A stretch of 64,000 bases of DNA from Pseudomonadota bacterium (GTDB taxonomy: Bacteria; Pseudomonadota; Alphaproteobacteria; Sphingomonadales; Sphingomonadaceae): contig JAFEEY010000042.1 of the NCBI GenBank assembly GCA_018240865.1, positions 14,545 to 78,544 on the forward strand. Reading direction: 5' to 3'. Positions 8,629-19,391 of this stretch are shown piece after piece. Positions within the stretch are counted from its first letter, which is position 1; the number at the start of each line of letters is the position of its first letter. The notes under the pieces are model-generated. The model did not search any database and was not told the origin of the DNA. It saw only the letters and a program-made list of their open reading frames with translations. The position numbers and the translations under genes are program-made.

Positions 8629-11600
8629 TCAGCGGAAATCGTGTGACTTGAACCGCACGACCTCCTCTGGATCCATGCCGTCAGCGTGAGGCGGCCAATA
8701 GCAGTTGCGCGGCTCGGGCTTCCAACCCTTGTCTCCGCGGTCGGGGGCGCCGGCATGGCGAGCTCCATCGCCTCGACCGGTCCGGTGCGGGAATGACAGC
8801 TCGCCCACTCGGTGAAGCAGATCTCCGTGATCGATGATCCGATCGCAGATGACGTGGATTACCTCCCCCTCTTTCTGGACCCTGCCCTTCATGCCGATCA
8901 TCGAGGCCGACATGACGGTACGGCGCTGCGCCTCGAACCGGTCCGGCCAGAGTATGCCATTCGCGATGCCTGTCTCATCTTCAATCGTGATGAAGAGGAC
9001 GCCTTTTGCCGAACCAGGTTTTTGTCGAACAAGGATTATGCCGGCGACCTCGACATGGCGACCGTCTCGGATGCTCGCGAGATCCGCGCAACGGGTCACG
9101 CCTCGCCGCGCCAGTTCGTCGCGGACGAATGTGAGAGGATGGGCGCGCAGTGACAATTGGAGCGAGCGGTAATCTTCGATCACCTCGCGACCATCCGTTA
9201 GCGGCCGCAGGGTGACGGCCGGCTCGAGCCCCTCGGCGCTCACGGTCTGCGCTTCGCGGTCAGCGGCAGCAAATAGCGGCAAAGGTGCCTCGCCGAGGCC
9301 CTTCACCTTCCAGAGCCCCTGGCGACGATCGGCGCCGAACGCGTGGAAGGCGTCGGCGTCTGCCAGCTTCTCGATAGCCGCCCGCTGGACCCGTGATCGG
9401 CGCCACACGTCCTCGACAGAATCGAACAGAGCGGTCGAGCGCGCGCCGACTATTGCCGCACCGTCTGCGTTCGAAAGACCGCGGACCTGGCGCAGTCCAA
9501 GCCGCACCGCGAGATAGCGGCCGTTCGTGGGCTCCAGCGTACAGTCCCACCGGCTCGCGTTGATGCAGGGCGGACGGACCTCCACACCGTGATCGCGTGC
9601 GTCGCGAACGATCTGCGCGGGCGCATAGAAGCCCATCGGCTGGGCGTTCATCAGGCTGGCGCAAAAGACGTCAGGGTGATGATGCTTCATCCAGGCCGAG
9701 GCATAGGCGATCTTCGCGAAGGAGGCGGCGTGGCTCTCCGGAAAGCCGTAGGAGCCGAAGCCTTCGAGCTGGCGGAAGGTGCGCTCGGCAAATTCGCGCG
9801 GATAATCGCGCGCCACCATCCCCTCGATCAGCTTCTCCGAGAAATGCGAGACCCCGCCGGTAAATTTGAAGGTCGCCATAGCCCGCCGCAAAGCGTCCGC
9901 CTCGGCGGCCGTGAAGCCTGCGCCGACGATAGCGACCTTCATCGCCTGTTCCTGAAAGAGCGGAACCCCCAGCGTTTTTTCCAGCACCGCACGCAGCTCG
10001 GGCCGGGGATATTCCGGCTTCTCCAAACCCTCGCGCCGCCGAAGGTAGGGATGCACCATGTCCCCCTGAATCGGCCCTGGCCGGACGATCGCGACCTGTA
10101 TGACGAGATCGTAGAAGCGCTGCGGCTTCATCCGCGGCAGCATTGACATCTGCGCGCGGCTTTCGATCTGAAAGGTCCCAAGCGTATCGGCCTTCTGGAT
10201 CATAGCGAACACCGCAGGGTCATCATCCTGCAGGTCCGCAAGGCCGATCTGGCAACCTTTCGCTTCCTCGAGAAGGTTGAAGGCGCGGTTCATGCAGCCA
10301 AGCATCCCCAAGCCGAGGACGTCGACCTTCATGAATTTCAGGGCGTCGATGTCATCCTTGTCCCATTCAATAATCTGCCGGTCGTCCATCGCGGCCGGTT
10401 CGATAGGTACCAGGTCGTCGAGACGGTCATGCGTGAGGACGAAGCCGCCGGGATGCTGGGACATATGGCGCGGCGTACCAATCAGCTTGCGCGCGAGATC
10501 GAGCGTCAGGCGCAGCCGGCGATCTCCGAGATCCAAATTGAGTTCTTCGACCTGCTTCTCGCCCACGCCTTCGGCCGACCAACCCCAGACCAAGCCTGCA
10601 AGCGAGGCGGTCAGATCTTCGGGCAGGCCCATCGCCTTGCCGACATCGCGCACCGCGCCGCGCGCGCGATAGCGGGTAACGACGGCTGTCAGAGCGGAGC
10701 GGTCACGGCCGTAGGTCTCGTAGATCCACTGAATAATTTCTTCACGACGCTCATGTTCGAAATCGACGTCAATGTCCGGCGGCTCGCGGCGCTCGCCCGA
10801 TACGAAGCGCTCGAAGAGTAACTCGTGCTTAATCGGGTCGATCGACGTGATGCCCAGCACGAAGCACACGCAGCTGTTCGCCGCAGACCCGCGTCCCTGG
10901 CAGAGGATGCCGCGACGTCGCGCTTCACGCACGATCGCATGGACGGTCAGGAAGTAGGGGGCGTAACCTAGTTCACGGATCAGCCGCAGTTCGTGGTCGA
11001 TCTGGCTGCGGTAAGGTTGCGGCACATCACCATCGAACAGCCGGTCGACCGCATCGTTCGCCATCTGCTCAAGGGCTTCTTGCGCCGTAAGACCCTCAAC
11101 CACCCGCTCGTGCGGGTATTGATAAGCGAGTTCGTCCAGACTGAAGGTGCAAGCGCGCGCGATGTCGACGCTGGCCTGCAGCGCATCGGGGTAGGCGCGA
11201 AAGCGCCGGGCCATTTCGTCGGGTGATTTGAGCGCTCGGTCGGCATTCACCTCCCGCCGGTAGCCGAGCTCGTCGACGGTGCACTTCTCGCGAACCGCAG
11301 TCACGACATCCTGCAGGAGGCGAGCCTCAGGCGCGTGATAGAGGACGTCGCCGGTCACGACGGCACGGACGCCGGCACCGCCCGCCTGACGGGCAAGCGC
11401 GTCAATCCGCACCGCGTCGTCGGGACGGCGATGCTGAAACAGCGCCATGTAGGCCCTGCGACCATAAATGGCCTTCAGGTCGGCAAGGCTGCTCAGATTT
11501 TCTGTGTCAGCCTCGTGCGGCAAGAGGATCGCGATGACGCCCGCTGACCACGGCTGCAGGTCATGCCAATGAAGAAGGCACCCGCCCTTCCCCGCGCGCT

Positions 11601-11892
11601 TCTTCCCGACGGTCAAAAGCCTGGTGACGCGCGACCACGCTGGTCTATCGGTCGGATACAGGATGAGGCGACGACCGCACGACAGATCGACGCGTGTGCC
11701 CGCTATCGATCGCACCCCAGTCGCTTTCTGCGCCTCCCAGGCGCGCACGACGCCTCCGACGGTGCCGATGTCACCTATCCCGAGAGCGGGATAGCCGAGC
11801 AGGGCTGCGGCTGAAAATAGCTCTTCCGGGCTCGATGCGCCGCGCAGCAAGGAAAAGTGCGTCAGCACCTGAAGCTCGACATAGGCGCTCAT
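8629..11892 (-). CDS. dnaE2: Error-prone DNA polymerase III alpha subunit DnaE2 (ImuC)
   Basis: PHP-domain N-terminus ([17 protein letters not shown]), about 1087 aa. ATGA overlap with the imuB stop at 11889-11892 sets the start. Confidence 0.93.
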   Translation of the reverse strand: MSAYVELQVLTHFSLLRGASSPEELFSAAALLGYPALGIGDIGTVGGVVRAWEAQKATGVRSIAGTRVDLSCGRRLILYPTDRPAWSRVTRLLTVGKKRAGKGGCLLHWHDLQPWSAGVIAILLPHEADTENLSSLADLKAIYGRRAYMALFQHRRPDDAVRIDALARQAGGAGVRAVVTGDVLYHAPEARLLQDVVTAVREKCTVDELGYRREVNADRALKSPDEMARRFRAYPDALQASVDIARACTFSLDELAYQYPHERVVEGLTAQEALEQMANDAVDRLFDGDVPQPYRSQIDHELRLIRELGYAPYFLTVHAIVREARRRGILCQGRGSAANSCVCFVLGITSIDPIKHELLFERFVSGERREPPDIDVDFEHERREEIIQWIYETYGRDRSALTAVVTRYRARGAVRDVGKAMGLPEDLTASLAGLVWGWSAEGVGEKQVEELNLDLGDRRLRLTLDLARKLIGTPRHMSQHPGGFVLTHDRLDDLVPIEPAAMDDRQIIEWDKDDIDALKFMKVDVLGLGMLGCMNRAFNLLEEAKGCQIGLADLQDDDPAVFAMIQKADTLGTFQIESRAQMSMLPRMKPQRFYDLVIQVAIVRPGPIQGDMVHPYLRRREGLEKPEYPRPELRAVLEKTLGVPLFQEQAMKVAIVGAGFTAAEADALRRAMATFKFTGGVSHFSEKLIEGMVARDYPREFAERTFRQLEGFGSYGFPESHAASFAKIAYASAWMKHHHPDVFCASLMNAQPMGFYAPAQIVRDARDHGVEVRPPCINASRWDCTLEPTNGRYLAVRLGLRQVRGLSNADGAAIVGARSTALFDSVEDVWRRSRVQRAAIEKLADADAFHAFGADRRQGLWKVKGLGEAPLPLFAAADREAQTVSAEGLEPAVTLRPLTDGREVIEDYRSLQLSLRAHPLTFVRDELARRGVTRCADLASIRDGRHVEVAGIILVRQKPGSAKGVLFITIEDETGIANGILWPDRFEAQRRTVMSASMIGMKGRVQKEGEVIHVICDRIIDHGDLLHRVGELSFPHRTGRGDGARHAGAPDRGDKGWKPEPRNCYWPPHADGMDPEEVVRFKSHDFR

Positions 11893-13673
11893 GCGAAGAC
11901 GCCGTGGATCCACCAGCTAAGGTCGCCAGTGTTGTCGTCCATCCCATCGCCGCGCCGGAACAGCCAGTACCGGCCGCCATCTTCGTCCTCGACCCGATAA
12001 TAGTCCCTGACGGCCCAGACCTCTGCATCGCGCCGCCACCATTCGCCATGGACGCGTTCGGGTCCGTCGCCGGCGACGACACGGTGAGCTGTGCCGCGCC
12101 ATTCGAAGCGGCGGGGCGGCTGATCGGGAAGGAGTGCTACGACGCCCCATAGCGGCTCTGGTCGAGCGAACAGTCGAACCGGACGCTGCCATTTGGGCCA
12201 GTCGCCTGGAATATGGACAGGGTTCGTGCGTGCTACCGCGCGTTCCGGAACATGGCTTTCAACGGGAGCGATCCGAAAAACCGAGCCACTGCCGATACGG
12301 CCAGCGACCACATCCACCAAGCGAGCTGGGTCGCGGACGAGCGTGTCTCCTGCGAGCACCGCCCCTAGATCAATCGCGTCGAGAGGCTCCGTGTGGGGCG
12401 CTGCCAGCCAAAACCGCTCGATACCCAGGCCTGGGTCGATGCGCTCGATGCGCAGCTTCAGCAGTCGCAGAAGATGCGGCACCTCGCGTGTCGGCCGCGA
12501 CGTGCCGATGCCCACGATCTGTTCGCTGCCATCAACCCGCAGGCCGGCAAGGCGGAGCGAGCGCACGCCAAGCCCCCGCCCCTGCAGCAGTTCGGCGAGA
12601 TCATGCAGGAGATCGCCCATGACCTGCTCGATCGCGTCGGCGGTGCCGATCGGCTCTAGAAGGCGGCGCTCCACCACGGGGATGGATGGATCGTCGCGCG
12701 AAGTGATCGGCTCCGCGGTCGAGCCAAGCGCCTGATCGAGCCGGGTGATGGCCGGCAAGCCTAGTCGCCGCGCCAGGGGACCGCGCGCCACCGGCAGGAG
12801 ATCAGCTACTCTCTCGAAGCCGAAGCGCCGCGCTGCGCTGAGCGCCGTTGGGTCGAGCCTGAGTGCTGCGATCGGCAGCGAGGAGAGCGCGACCGTGGTG
12901 GCACCCGGCGTCACGCAGGCGAGATCGTCGGCGCCAAACCGGGCGATTGCGTGAGCCGCACCGGGGGTATCGGCGACGGCCACGCGAGCGGTAAATCCCG
13001 CCCGTCGGCAAAAGACGAGCAGTCTCTGGCAGAACTGGTACTCGCCGCCATGGAGGTGCTCGCACCCGGTGAGGTCGATCCACAGGCCATCGGGGGGCGA
13101 CACCGCTGCGATCGGCGACCATCGCCTAACTGCGAAAAGCGCCAGCCGATCGAGCAGCGCCGCGTCGGCCTCCGGCTCGGCGGGACGAAGGTCCAGGTCC
13201 GACACAAGCGCACGCGCGTGCGTGGCAGCCATGCCGACATGGATTCCGAGCGCTTGCGCGCCAGCGCACGCCGCGACGATCTCTTCTCTTCGCCCAACCT
13301 TCCCGAAGAGAGCCAGCGGGGTAGCGACCGCCTCCGCGACAGGTGCGGTCTGTTGCGGTTTCGCCGCTGGCGGCGCTTTGAATGGATGCTGGGCGGCCTC
13401 CGATCGACGGCCCAGCTCGCGGGCAGGCGGCTGCGCATGCCGTGGCAAGGTCGCGATCTGTGCCTCAACATCCGCGCGCGTGAGCATTCCGCTGCGGGCC
13501 CACCGGGCGCCCGGCCGCCAGCCGCCCCCGCGCGGGACCGAGCAAGCGCCGGGATCGTCGTCGACGGGTAGCTGGAGGCTCGGCCGTTTAGGCGGCCGCG
13601 TGGCGGACCGTTCCTGCCGTCTCAGCCGTTCGATGGCCAAGTGCGGCAGGAACGCGGAGACGACCCGTCTCAT
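11889..13673 (-). CDS. imuB: ImuB, Y-family polymerase-like protein
   Basis: Typical N-terminus ([16 protein letters not shown]) and position between imuA and dnaE2. Confidence 0.85.
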   Translation of the reverse strand: MRRVVSAFLPHLAIERLRRQERSATRPPKRPSLQLPVDDDPGACSVPRGGGWRPGARWARSGMLTRADVEAQIATLPRHAQPPARELGRRSEAAQHPFKAPPAAKPQQTAPVAEAVATPLALFGKVGRREEIVAACAGAQALGIHVGMAATHARALVSDLDLRPAEPEADAALLDRLALFAVRRWSPIAAVSPPDGLWIDLTGCEHLHGGEYQFCQRLLVFCRRAGFTARVAVADTPGAAHAIARFGADDLACVTPGATTVALSSLPIAALRLDPTALSAARRFGFERVADLLPVARGPLARRLGLPAITRLDQALGSTAEPITSRDDPSIPVVERRLLEPIGTADAIEQVMGDLLHDLAELLQGRGLGVRSLRLAGLRVDGSEQIVGIGTSRPTREVPHLLRLLKLRIERIDPGLGIERFWLAAPHTEPLDAIDLGAVLAGDTLVRDPARLVDVVAGRIGSGSVFRIAPVESHVPERAVARTNPVHIPGDWPKWQRPVRLFARPEPLWGVVALLPDQPPRRFEWRGTAHRVVAGDGPERVHGEWWRRDAEVWAVRDYYRVEDEDGGRYWLFRRGDGMDDNTGDLSWWIHGVFA

Positions 13674-14346
13674 CGCTGCCCTCCACGATCAGGGAAAAAG
13701 CCTCGCCACCTCGTTGGCGCGCGAGTTCGACCGTCCAGCGCGGTCGTCCTACACCGGCGACGCCGAGCCTTTCCGAAGGGGCGCTCGCGATCCGCCAGCG
13801 AGTCCAGGCAGCCGATGGTTCGCCGAACGGATCATGATCACGGCGCCGCCGCCGTCGCAGGAGCAGGACCGGGAGGTCGGCATCAGCTGCAGCAAGCTGA
13901 AGGCGGCGGGAGGCGACCATCGAGACCTTCTCAGCCTCGGCAACGATGGCAGCGGGCGTACCGTCTCGGATCGCATCCTCGACCACCGCGAGCAACTCAG
14001 CGTCATCGCGCGGCTGGGCGTGAATGACGGCAGCTGAGGACAACCCCGCCTGAGACAACGCCGGGGCGTACAGATCGCTGCGACAGCTTGCCCAAAGGAC
14101 CGGCCCTGCGCTGATTGCAGCTTCCCGTGCGGCTATACCGCACAAAAACAGGGTCACCGCCGCATCGTCAACGAGCGAGCATGAATGGGCGGTCGCCTCA
14201 TGGAGCGCTCCCGCTCTCAGCCCCCCGCTGGCAAGCCGCTGGTCGATCTCGGGCACCCCGAAGGGCATCGTCCGGTACTCGGCGATGGGTGTCACGATGG
14301 AGCGAAGCTGGGCTATGTTCGCAAGGCGGGAATCGACGGAAGGCAT
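13588..14346 (-). CDS. imuA: ImuA (RecA/SulA-like SOS mutagenesis protein)
   Basis: FGVPEIDQRLASGGLRAGALHE motif. The start was moved to ATG 14346 because the longer ORF (14403) would run through the LexA box. Confidence 0.75.
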   Translation of the reverse strand: MPSVDSRLANIAQLRSIVTPIAEYRTMPFGVPEIDQRLASGGLRAGALHEATAHSCSLVDDAAVTLFLCGIAAREAAISAGPVLWASCRSDLYAPALSQAGLSSAAVIHAQPRDDAELLAVVEDAIRDGTPAAIVAEAEKVSMVASRRLQLAAADADLPVLLLRRRRRRDHDPFGEPSAAWTRWRIASAPSERLGVAGVGRPRWTVELARQRGGEAFSLIVEGSDETGRLRVPAALGHRTAETAGTVRHAAA

Positions 14347-14365
14347 AAAAACAAAGACTCGGAAC

Positions 14366-14380
14366 GTTCCCTTTATGTTC
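14366..14380. promoter_or_regulatory. LexA (SOS) box of the alphaproteobacterial direct-repeat type, GTTC-N7-GTTC
   Basis: gttc cctttat gttc read directly, 20 nt upstream of the imuA ATG. Confidence 0.6.
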
Positions 14381-14472
14381 CGCCATCCTTGTCTTTGGGT
14401 CAAGAGTTCGATCGTGTCGAGCTCCCGTCCGAGGACGACCCTTTCAGACCGCGCATCGCCTCGGCGGCAGCC

Positions 14473-15051
14473 CTAGTCCGTCCACTCGAAACAGCGACTA
14501 CGCTCGATGAACATCCGCAGGATACGATCGGATCGCCGCACCAAGTCACGATCGCGACCGTGCTGGGGCGATTTCGCACCGTGAAACAGATTGCAGCGAA
14601 CGCAATATATGGTCCGTAAGAGCTGCGGCCAGGTTGGAACATCTCCGTTTGTCCAGCCCACTGGTTGCATCCGGACGCCCTCGAGTCGACAGCGGTCGAA
14701 CAGCTCGTCGCGGTCCTCCGCCCAGAAGGCATCACGACCGAGCTTCTGCCGCACGTCCCGGACGTTGAGCACCGGCCATAATTGCGAGAAGGCCATCACG
14801 CGTCGTTGAAAATCGTCATCCTGCATCAGCTCTTCATAGGCATCGGTAGCCCGCCGGTTTTCGGCAATCGCGGTGATCATGGCCGCGTCATGGTCCGCGC
14901 CGGTCACCGATTCCATCCAGCCGTTGAAGCCCATCCAAAGGCTCATAAATGACATGAAGGCTGAGCGTTGCCGGTCAGCGTTATCGATCAGCTCGTGTGC
15001 AAGATCCGCCGTTTCCGGATCGAGCGATCGAAAATTGCTGAAGTTCACCAT
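14473..15051 (-). CDS. HEPN-motif protein (192 aa)
   Basis: IYCVRCNLFHGAKS gives Rx4H followed by G. A GAAGGA SD precedes the ATG. It lies 18 nt downstream of the 15070-16704 gene. Confidence 0.5.
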   Translation of the reverse strand: MVNFSNFRSLDPETADLAHELIDNADRQRSAFMSFMSLWMGFNGWMESVTGADHDAAMITAIAENRRATDAYEELMQDDDFQRRVMAFSQLWPVLNVRDVRQKLGRDAFWAEDRDELFDRCRLEGVRMQPVGWTNGDVPTWPQLLRTIYCVRCNLFHGAKSPQHGRDRDLVRRSDRILRMFIERSRCFEWTD

Positions 15052-15069
15052 CGTCGATATCCTTCCCGA

Positions 15070-16704
15070 TTAGGCGATCGCCGCCGATATCTGGCGAAGC
15101 GTAGCCACGAAGGTATCCAGTAGCTGACGACCTTGCATCGCTGCAGGCGCGGTATCATCGACCCCTGCCCGCTCCTTGCCGCTGGCGATGTTGCTCGAAC
15201 CAAGATGTGCGTCGGCGAGCCGAAGATCGTAGATCCCGAAGAGCGGCGCCATCATCGTGCTCGCGTCGTTCCCAGGCATTAGGCTGCCGAGGAGTTTCTC
15301 CAGCGCCTTATTCGAACCCGGCTTCCGACCATCCTTGGGTTTGGGCAGGTTAAGAGGCGCAAGGACGGCATCGACGTCGACCCGCTCCATGAAAAGGCGA
15401 GTGACCTCCTTGGCTAGCTCCAGCAAACCGTCTGCTTCAGCCGCCTGGAAGCGGTGCGCGCGGCGCAACAGCCGAGGCACGGCCTGGTCGTCGCGGAGGA
15501 GCGGGACGCCATATTTGCCGCTGAAAGCCGCGTCGATCTCCGCAAGCGCCGCGGCCAGCTGCGATTCTGGTGCGATCGTACTGGCCGGTGTCACATCCAT
15601 CTGAGCGGCGAACAACTCCTCTGCCACGCCGCCGTCGGGCGTTACGTTATGAGCGCTCCACAGCCGCTGCTCCCAAGGATCGAGTGCTCCGATGTCTTTT
15701 GCGAAGACCGTGATCAGGCCGAGCCGGTTGACCCCGAAGTGGACACCGGTGCTGGCGCCCAGGCCTCCGGTTTCCGCGCTGTACCAATGCAGGCTCGCGC
15801 CGCGATGGCGCATCAAGGTGGACACGACGGTGGGATCGAAATATAACCATGTCGACACCCCAGCCAGACTATCGCCCGACCTGCGGGCGCCGTCATTCTC
15901 CAGTATGAAGCTCGTGGTATGGGGATCCTTGTCGCCACGGATGCGTGTACTCAGCCCGCTTGGCTGGACCCATTCCGTTCGCCACATGGCGCCCATCGTG
16001 CGGTACTGATCACTGGGGGTCGGCCAGCGCCCCGGTCCGGTTCGACCCTCCCGCTCGTCCCTGCCCCTGACTTCGGCGAAAGCGTCGCCTGGCCAGTCAT
16101 AGACTGGCTTGTCGATGGTGGTGGCGGTCCGCTGGTGATAGCTCGAACAATACAGGGCCATGCCGCGGGCGCTGAGGTAGTCGCCAAGGAACTCCGGCCT
16201 GATCTCAAGCAGGATCGGGCGGTCCTCAGCATCTTGTTTCAATCGCGCGACCTCGGCCCAGCCCTCCTCCGGTCGAAACCAGCAATCACCTTCACGTAGA
16301 AGGCGGAGGGCCACGACCAGGTCGGGATGCAGGTGCCAGATGTGAAGGTGTTCGTCCTCGAGATACTGGTCGATCACGAGATTGAGACCGATCGGCTGAG
16401 TGGGCCTGCCATAGAACAGGTCGGAAGCGCGATAGCCCCACGGTTCCATGCCGCCCCGGTGTGGGCCGACCCCCAAGTCGCTCCAGACGACCTTGTCGCC
16501 CTCTGATCGATGGGTGTCGAAGATCGCGGCAGTGGCGATGCCCGTATATTCCCGCAGCTCGACGATACCGGCCTCAGGTGGGACGATCACGACATCAGCA
16601 TCGTGGCGGAGCGGTATCCATGGCCGCCCTTGCAGCGGCAGCACATCACGCAACTCAAAATATCTCTGTACGATCGGCATAGGCACCCCCGGGTAGCGGA
16701 GCAT
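15070..16704 (-). CDS. Large uncharacterised protein (~544 aa); start is ATG 16704 or 16680
   Basis: Long coding-like ORF. The only motif seen is a C-terminal DLRLADAHLG (Rx4H-like). The ORF-track TTG start at 16812 was judged an over-extension. Confidence 0.55.
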   Translation of the reverse strand: MLRYPGVPMPIVQRYFELRDVLPLQGRPWIPLRHDADVVIVPPEAGIVELREYTGIATAAIFDTHRSEGDKVVWSDLGVGPHRGGMEPWGYRASDLFYGRPTQPIGLNLVIDQYLEDEHLHIWHLHPDLVVALRLLREGDCWFRPEEGWAEVARLKQDAEDRPILLEIRPEFLGDYLSARGMALYCSSYHQRTATTIDKPVYDWPGDAFAEVRGRDEREGRTGPGRWPTPSDQYRTMGAMWRTEWVQPSGLSTRIRGDKDPHTTSFILENDGARRSGDSLAGVSTWLYFDPTVVSTLMRHRGASLHWYSAETGGLGASTGVHFGVNRLGLITVFAKDIGALDPWEQRLWSAHNVTPDGGVAEELFAAQMDVTPASTIAPESQLAAALAEIDAAFSGKYGVPLLRDDQAVPRLLRRAHRFQAAEADGLLELAKEVTRLFMERVDVDAVLAPLNLPKPKDGRKPGSNKALEKLLGSLMPGNDASTMMAPLFGIYDLRLADAHLGSSNIASGKERAGVDDTAPAAMQGRQLLDTFVATLRQISAAIA

Positions 16705-16848
16705 GACTACCCCTGATTGCAGAGACCTTGAATCAGCTTTTTGCGATATTCTACCGTGCAGCAGGCGCCGTCGCGGAAGTCGCCGGTATTGGCTTGGTGA
16801 TAGCTGCCACAAAGCACGGGACCATGTGGGCGAACGGTATCAGGAGGG

Positions 16849-17271
16849 ATGATGAAGCTTACCAGCGACGCTGTTGAAGTAGTGAACCGCAATGCGCTCG
16901 TCACCGTGGCACTGAACCAAGGCTACAACGCCTATCTGCCGGTCTACGACAATGGCATCGATCTGATCCTGTTGAACGAGGCGACTGGCGATACCAAACT
17001 GGTGCAGCTCAAAGGCCGGTGGACCATCGATAAGAAATATATCGGCCGAAACATCTGGATCGCGTTCCCCGACCGCGGTGTCTGGTACGTCGCACCGCAC
17101 GACGAGATGCTGCGGTTAGGGGAAAGGCACACCGCAACAAGCAGCTGGGCTCGAGGCACCTACAGCAAGAGTCCTCTCAGCAGGAGCGATTGCGAAGAAT
17201 TGGCGTCCTATCGCTTCGGCGATCCGGACACGGTCATGGATGATGCCGCGGCTTTGAGCGCGGGCGGATAA
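16849..17271 (+). CDS. Minimal PD-(D/E)xK-fold nuclease-like protein (140 aa)
   Basis: YDNGIDLILLNE...TKLVQLKGR fits D...(D/E)xK spacing. An AGGAGG SD lies upstream. GC content is visibly lower than its neighbours. Confidence 0.5.
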   Translation: MMKLTSDAVEVVNRNALVTVALNQGYNAYLPVYDNGIDLILLNEATGDTKLVQLKGRWTIDKKYIGRNIWIAFPDRGVWYVAPHDEMLRLGERHTATSSWARGTYSKSPLSRSDCEELASYRFGDPDTVMDDAAALSAGG

Positions 17272-17318
17272 CATCCACTTTGGTGCAAAGCGCCGCAAGC
17301 TCTCGTGCACAACCTTAC

Positions 17319-17777
17319 TCAGAGGGTGAGACCGATGCACAAAAGCAGGATCGCCGCCGCGCCCGCAGCGAGCTTCCCGCCGGCAACGACGCGCGCCGAT
17401 CGCCCCAAGCGAAGCCGCTTGCCCGTCCTGTCCATTCCGGAGCGGAGCCCGAGCACGCCGTCGGTCGCCAATACGGTGCCGATGATGAAGAGCAGAACCG
17501 AGATTGCCTTGGCAAAGCCGTGAGGTGACAGCCCGGTGACGATGAAGACCGCAACGAGCCCGATCGTGAGCAGGCCGTACAGTGCAAATCCGATGTCGAG
17601 CAGCCCGCGCAGCCGCTTCGGCCCGTTCCAGTCCGTAGGCCGTCGAAGGAGGATCATCGGGCGCAGGCAGAGCTGGCAGCTCTCGAGATTGCTGTCGCGC
17701 GGCCAGTGATTGATCAGATGGCCGCAATGCGGGCACCCCGGTCGACGGTATGGGAATGCGGTCGCCCGGATCAGCAT
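17319..17777 (-). CDS. Membrane protein with an N-terminal CxxC...CxxC zinc-ribbon-like segment
   Basis: CPHCGH...CQLC followed by 3 hydrophobic segments. The start overlaps the upstream stop by 7 nt. Confidence 0.45.
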   Translation of the reverse strand: MLIRATAFPYRRPGCPHCGHLINHWPRDSNLESCQLCLRPMILLRRPTDWNGPKRLRGLLDIGFALYGLLTIGLVAVFIVTGLSPHGFAKAISVLLFIIGTVLATDGVLGLRSGMDRTGKRLRLGRSARVVAGGKLAAGAAAILLLCIGLTL

Positions 17778-17986
17778 GGCGAAGTCTCCGGCGCCGGTGC
17801 CAGATAATAGGCCGTGATGGCCGCCCCGATGATCATTCCCTCGACGGTGACCGACTTACCGATCAGGTGTCCGGCGATCACGTCCCCAACGAGCCGCCAG
17901 CGCATCCCGTCTCCCTCGATCAGCATCAGCCCACGTGGCGTCATGTCCACCACGCCGGTTAACCGGACAGGGCTGCTGGCCGTCAT
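17771..17986 (-). CDS. Small hypothetical protein (71 aa)
   Basis: ATG 17986 forms an ATGA overlap with the upstream stop at 17983. The ORF-track N-terminal extension was discarded. Confidence 0.35.
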   Translation of the reverse strand: MTASSPVRLTGVVDMTPRGLMLIEGDGMRWRLVGDVIAGHLIGKSVTVEGMIIGAAITAYYLAPAPETSPC

Positions 17987-18486
17987 TCTGCTGCCTCGGC
18001 ATAGACCCGGGTTTCCTCGGCCGAGGCGCCATTGAAGCATACCAAGGGACAGTGGAGGAGAAGCCGGCCGTGATAGTGCAGCGTGCGCCCGTCCAGCCTG
18101 ATCGGATCGCGAGCGAGGCGTTGGCAGGATTTGTTCGATCGGTTCCTGAAAGCGCAGGGCGCGGCGAGCGGGGAGAGGGGCACCTTGGTCACTTCTTCCG
18201 CTTGGGATTGAGGCGGCGGTTCGCCGAAGAGGTCGCACTGTTCCATTACGGGTTCCGTTCTCCCCCCGAGTGGTGGCCGCGGTTGCCAGCGCTGGACCAT
18301 GGCGGCGTGAAGTCGTCGCGAGATTTTCCGTCGATTCAACGAAGCGCTGCCAAGCGGCGTTGACTTCGTCTTCGGCGCGTTTGCGTCCCTCGCTGCCTTG
18401 CCGAAGCCCCAGCGGAGCTTGCCGGGATCAACCTTCTGCCGCTGGCGATACCGCTCGCGCGTATAGTCGCGGTCGTCGATCGCCAC
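17983..18486 (-). CDS. Hypothetical basic protein (167 aa, GTG start)
   Basis: GTG 18486 overlaps the upstream TAG (TAGTG). GC3-rich codons. Low certainty. Confidence 0.3.
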   Translation of the reverse strand: MAIDDRDYTRERYRQRQKVDPGKLRWGFGKAARDANAPKTKSTPLGSASLNRRKISRRLHAAMVQRWQPRPPLGGRTEPVMEQCDLFGEPPPQSQAEEVTKVPLSPLAAPCAFRNRSNKSCQRLARDPIRLDGRTLHYHGRLLLHCPLVCFNGASAEETRVYAEAAE

Positions 18487-18806
18487 TACGCAGCCCCTTC
18501 GACGCTGGATTGATAGTAGACGCCTTGGTCGCGGTGCATCGCGATCTTCAGAAAGGCGGGGCACTCGACAAGCACCGCCAACCACGCCGCGCACTCGGCC
18601 CTTCCGAGCGCCGACGAGTGACTGGCCAGTTCCACCCAGACGAGGAGGGCGAGGCCGGCGATAGTCCCGATGCGGACGTCCCGCCGAAGGCCGGCAGGAA
18701 GCTTTAGAATGCTCGGTAGGCGCACCCATGCCGGGCTGGCGAGATCACCCCTGAGGTACAGCGGCGATGCGGCGTAGATCGCCAGTATGATCTGGGTCTC
18801 AAGCAT
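18486..18806 (-). CDS. Small membrane protein (106 aa)
   Basis: Two hydrophobic segments. ATG 18806 overlaps the DUF2726-like stop by 8 nt. Confidence 0.4.
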   Translation of the reverse strand: MLETQIILAIYAASPLYLRGDLASPAWVRLPSILKLPAGLRRDVRIGTIAGLALLVWVELASHSSALGRAECAAWLAVLVECPAFLKIAMHRDQGVYYQSSVEGAA

Positions 18807-19332
18807 GGTTCGCCCCCCGATCCGCGATCGCGCCCGCAGATCGATCCGAATGAAGCAACGGTGCGAGCGCCTCACGGACATTCGCCAGCGTCGGCTTGGT
18901 CTTTGCCGCGATGCGGATCGTCGTGTAGCCAGCGCCCGATGTCATCGCATCACGCTTTGCGTCGGTCGCGGCGTTATGGGTATAGTCGTCGACCTCGATC
19001 AAGGCGACGATCGTTCCAGTCTCCCGGTCCTGCACTACGAAGTCGATGATCTTCTGCGAGAAGCTGTTTCGATCAGCGGGGGACACCTTGCGCCCGAGCC
19101 GACGTGGAACCTGCAGGAGAGCCCCCATTGCCACCTGCGCGTGGATGCGGTGTGCGGGCAGGGCGCGCTCGATCGCCGCGAGCATGGCCAGCTCGCGGTC
19201 GGTAAGAAAGCGCTTGGCCACCGGCGCGGGCGGTCCACTCGGTGCCGCCGCGCTTTTCACCAGCGCAAGTATAATGACCGCGCAGACGATAAGAAATACG
19301 GTCGCGATTGGCGATCCGAACAGTTGTGTCAT
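18799..19332 (-). CDS. DUF2726-like (restriction-endonuclease-fold) protein with an N-terminal TM anchor
   Basis: FLTDRELAML...IDFVVQD...IVALIEVDDYTH pattern. ATG 19332 follows a GAGGGG SD. Confidence 0.6.
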   Translation of the reverse strand: MTQLFGSPIATVFLIVCAVIILALVKSAAAPSGPPAPVAKRFLTDRELAMLAAIERALPAHRIHAQVAMGALLQVPRRLGRKVSPADRNSFSQKIIDFVVQDRETGTIVALIEVDDYTHNAATDAKRDAMTSGAGYTTIRIAAKTKPTLANVREALAPLLHSDRSAGAIADRGANHA

Positions 19333-19391
19333 TGCGTCACCCCTCGGAATGGAAGGCGCGGCCAACAACCGGGGCCGCGCCGGTCTGCCGG

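Noticed and set aside
14347-14403. Longer imuA start
   Set aside because: It would place the LexA box inside the coding sequence. The internal ATG leaves the box in a normal operator position.
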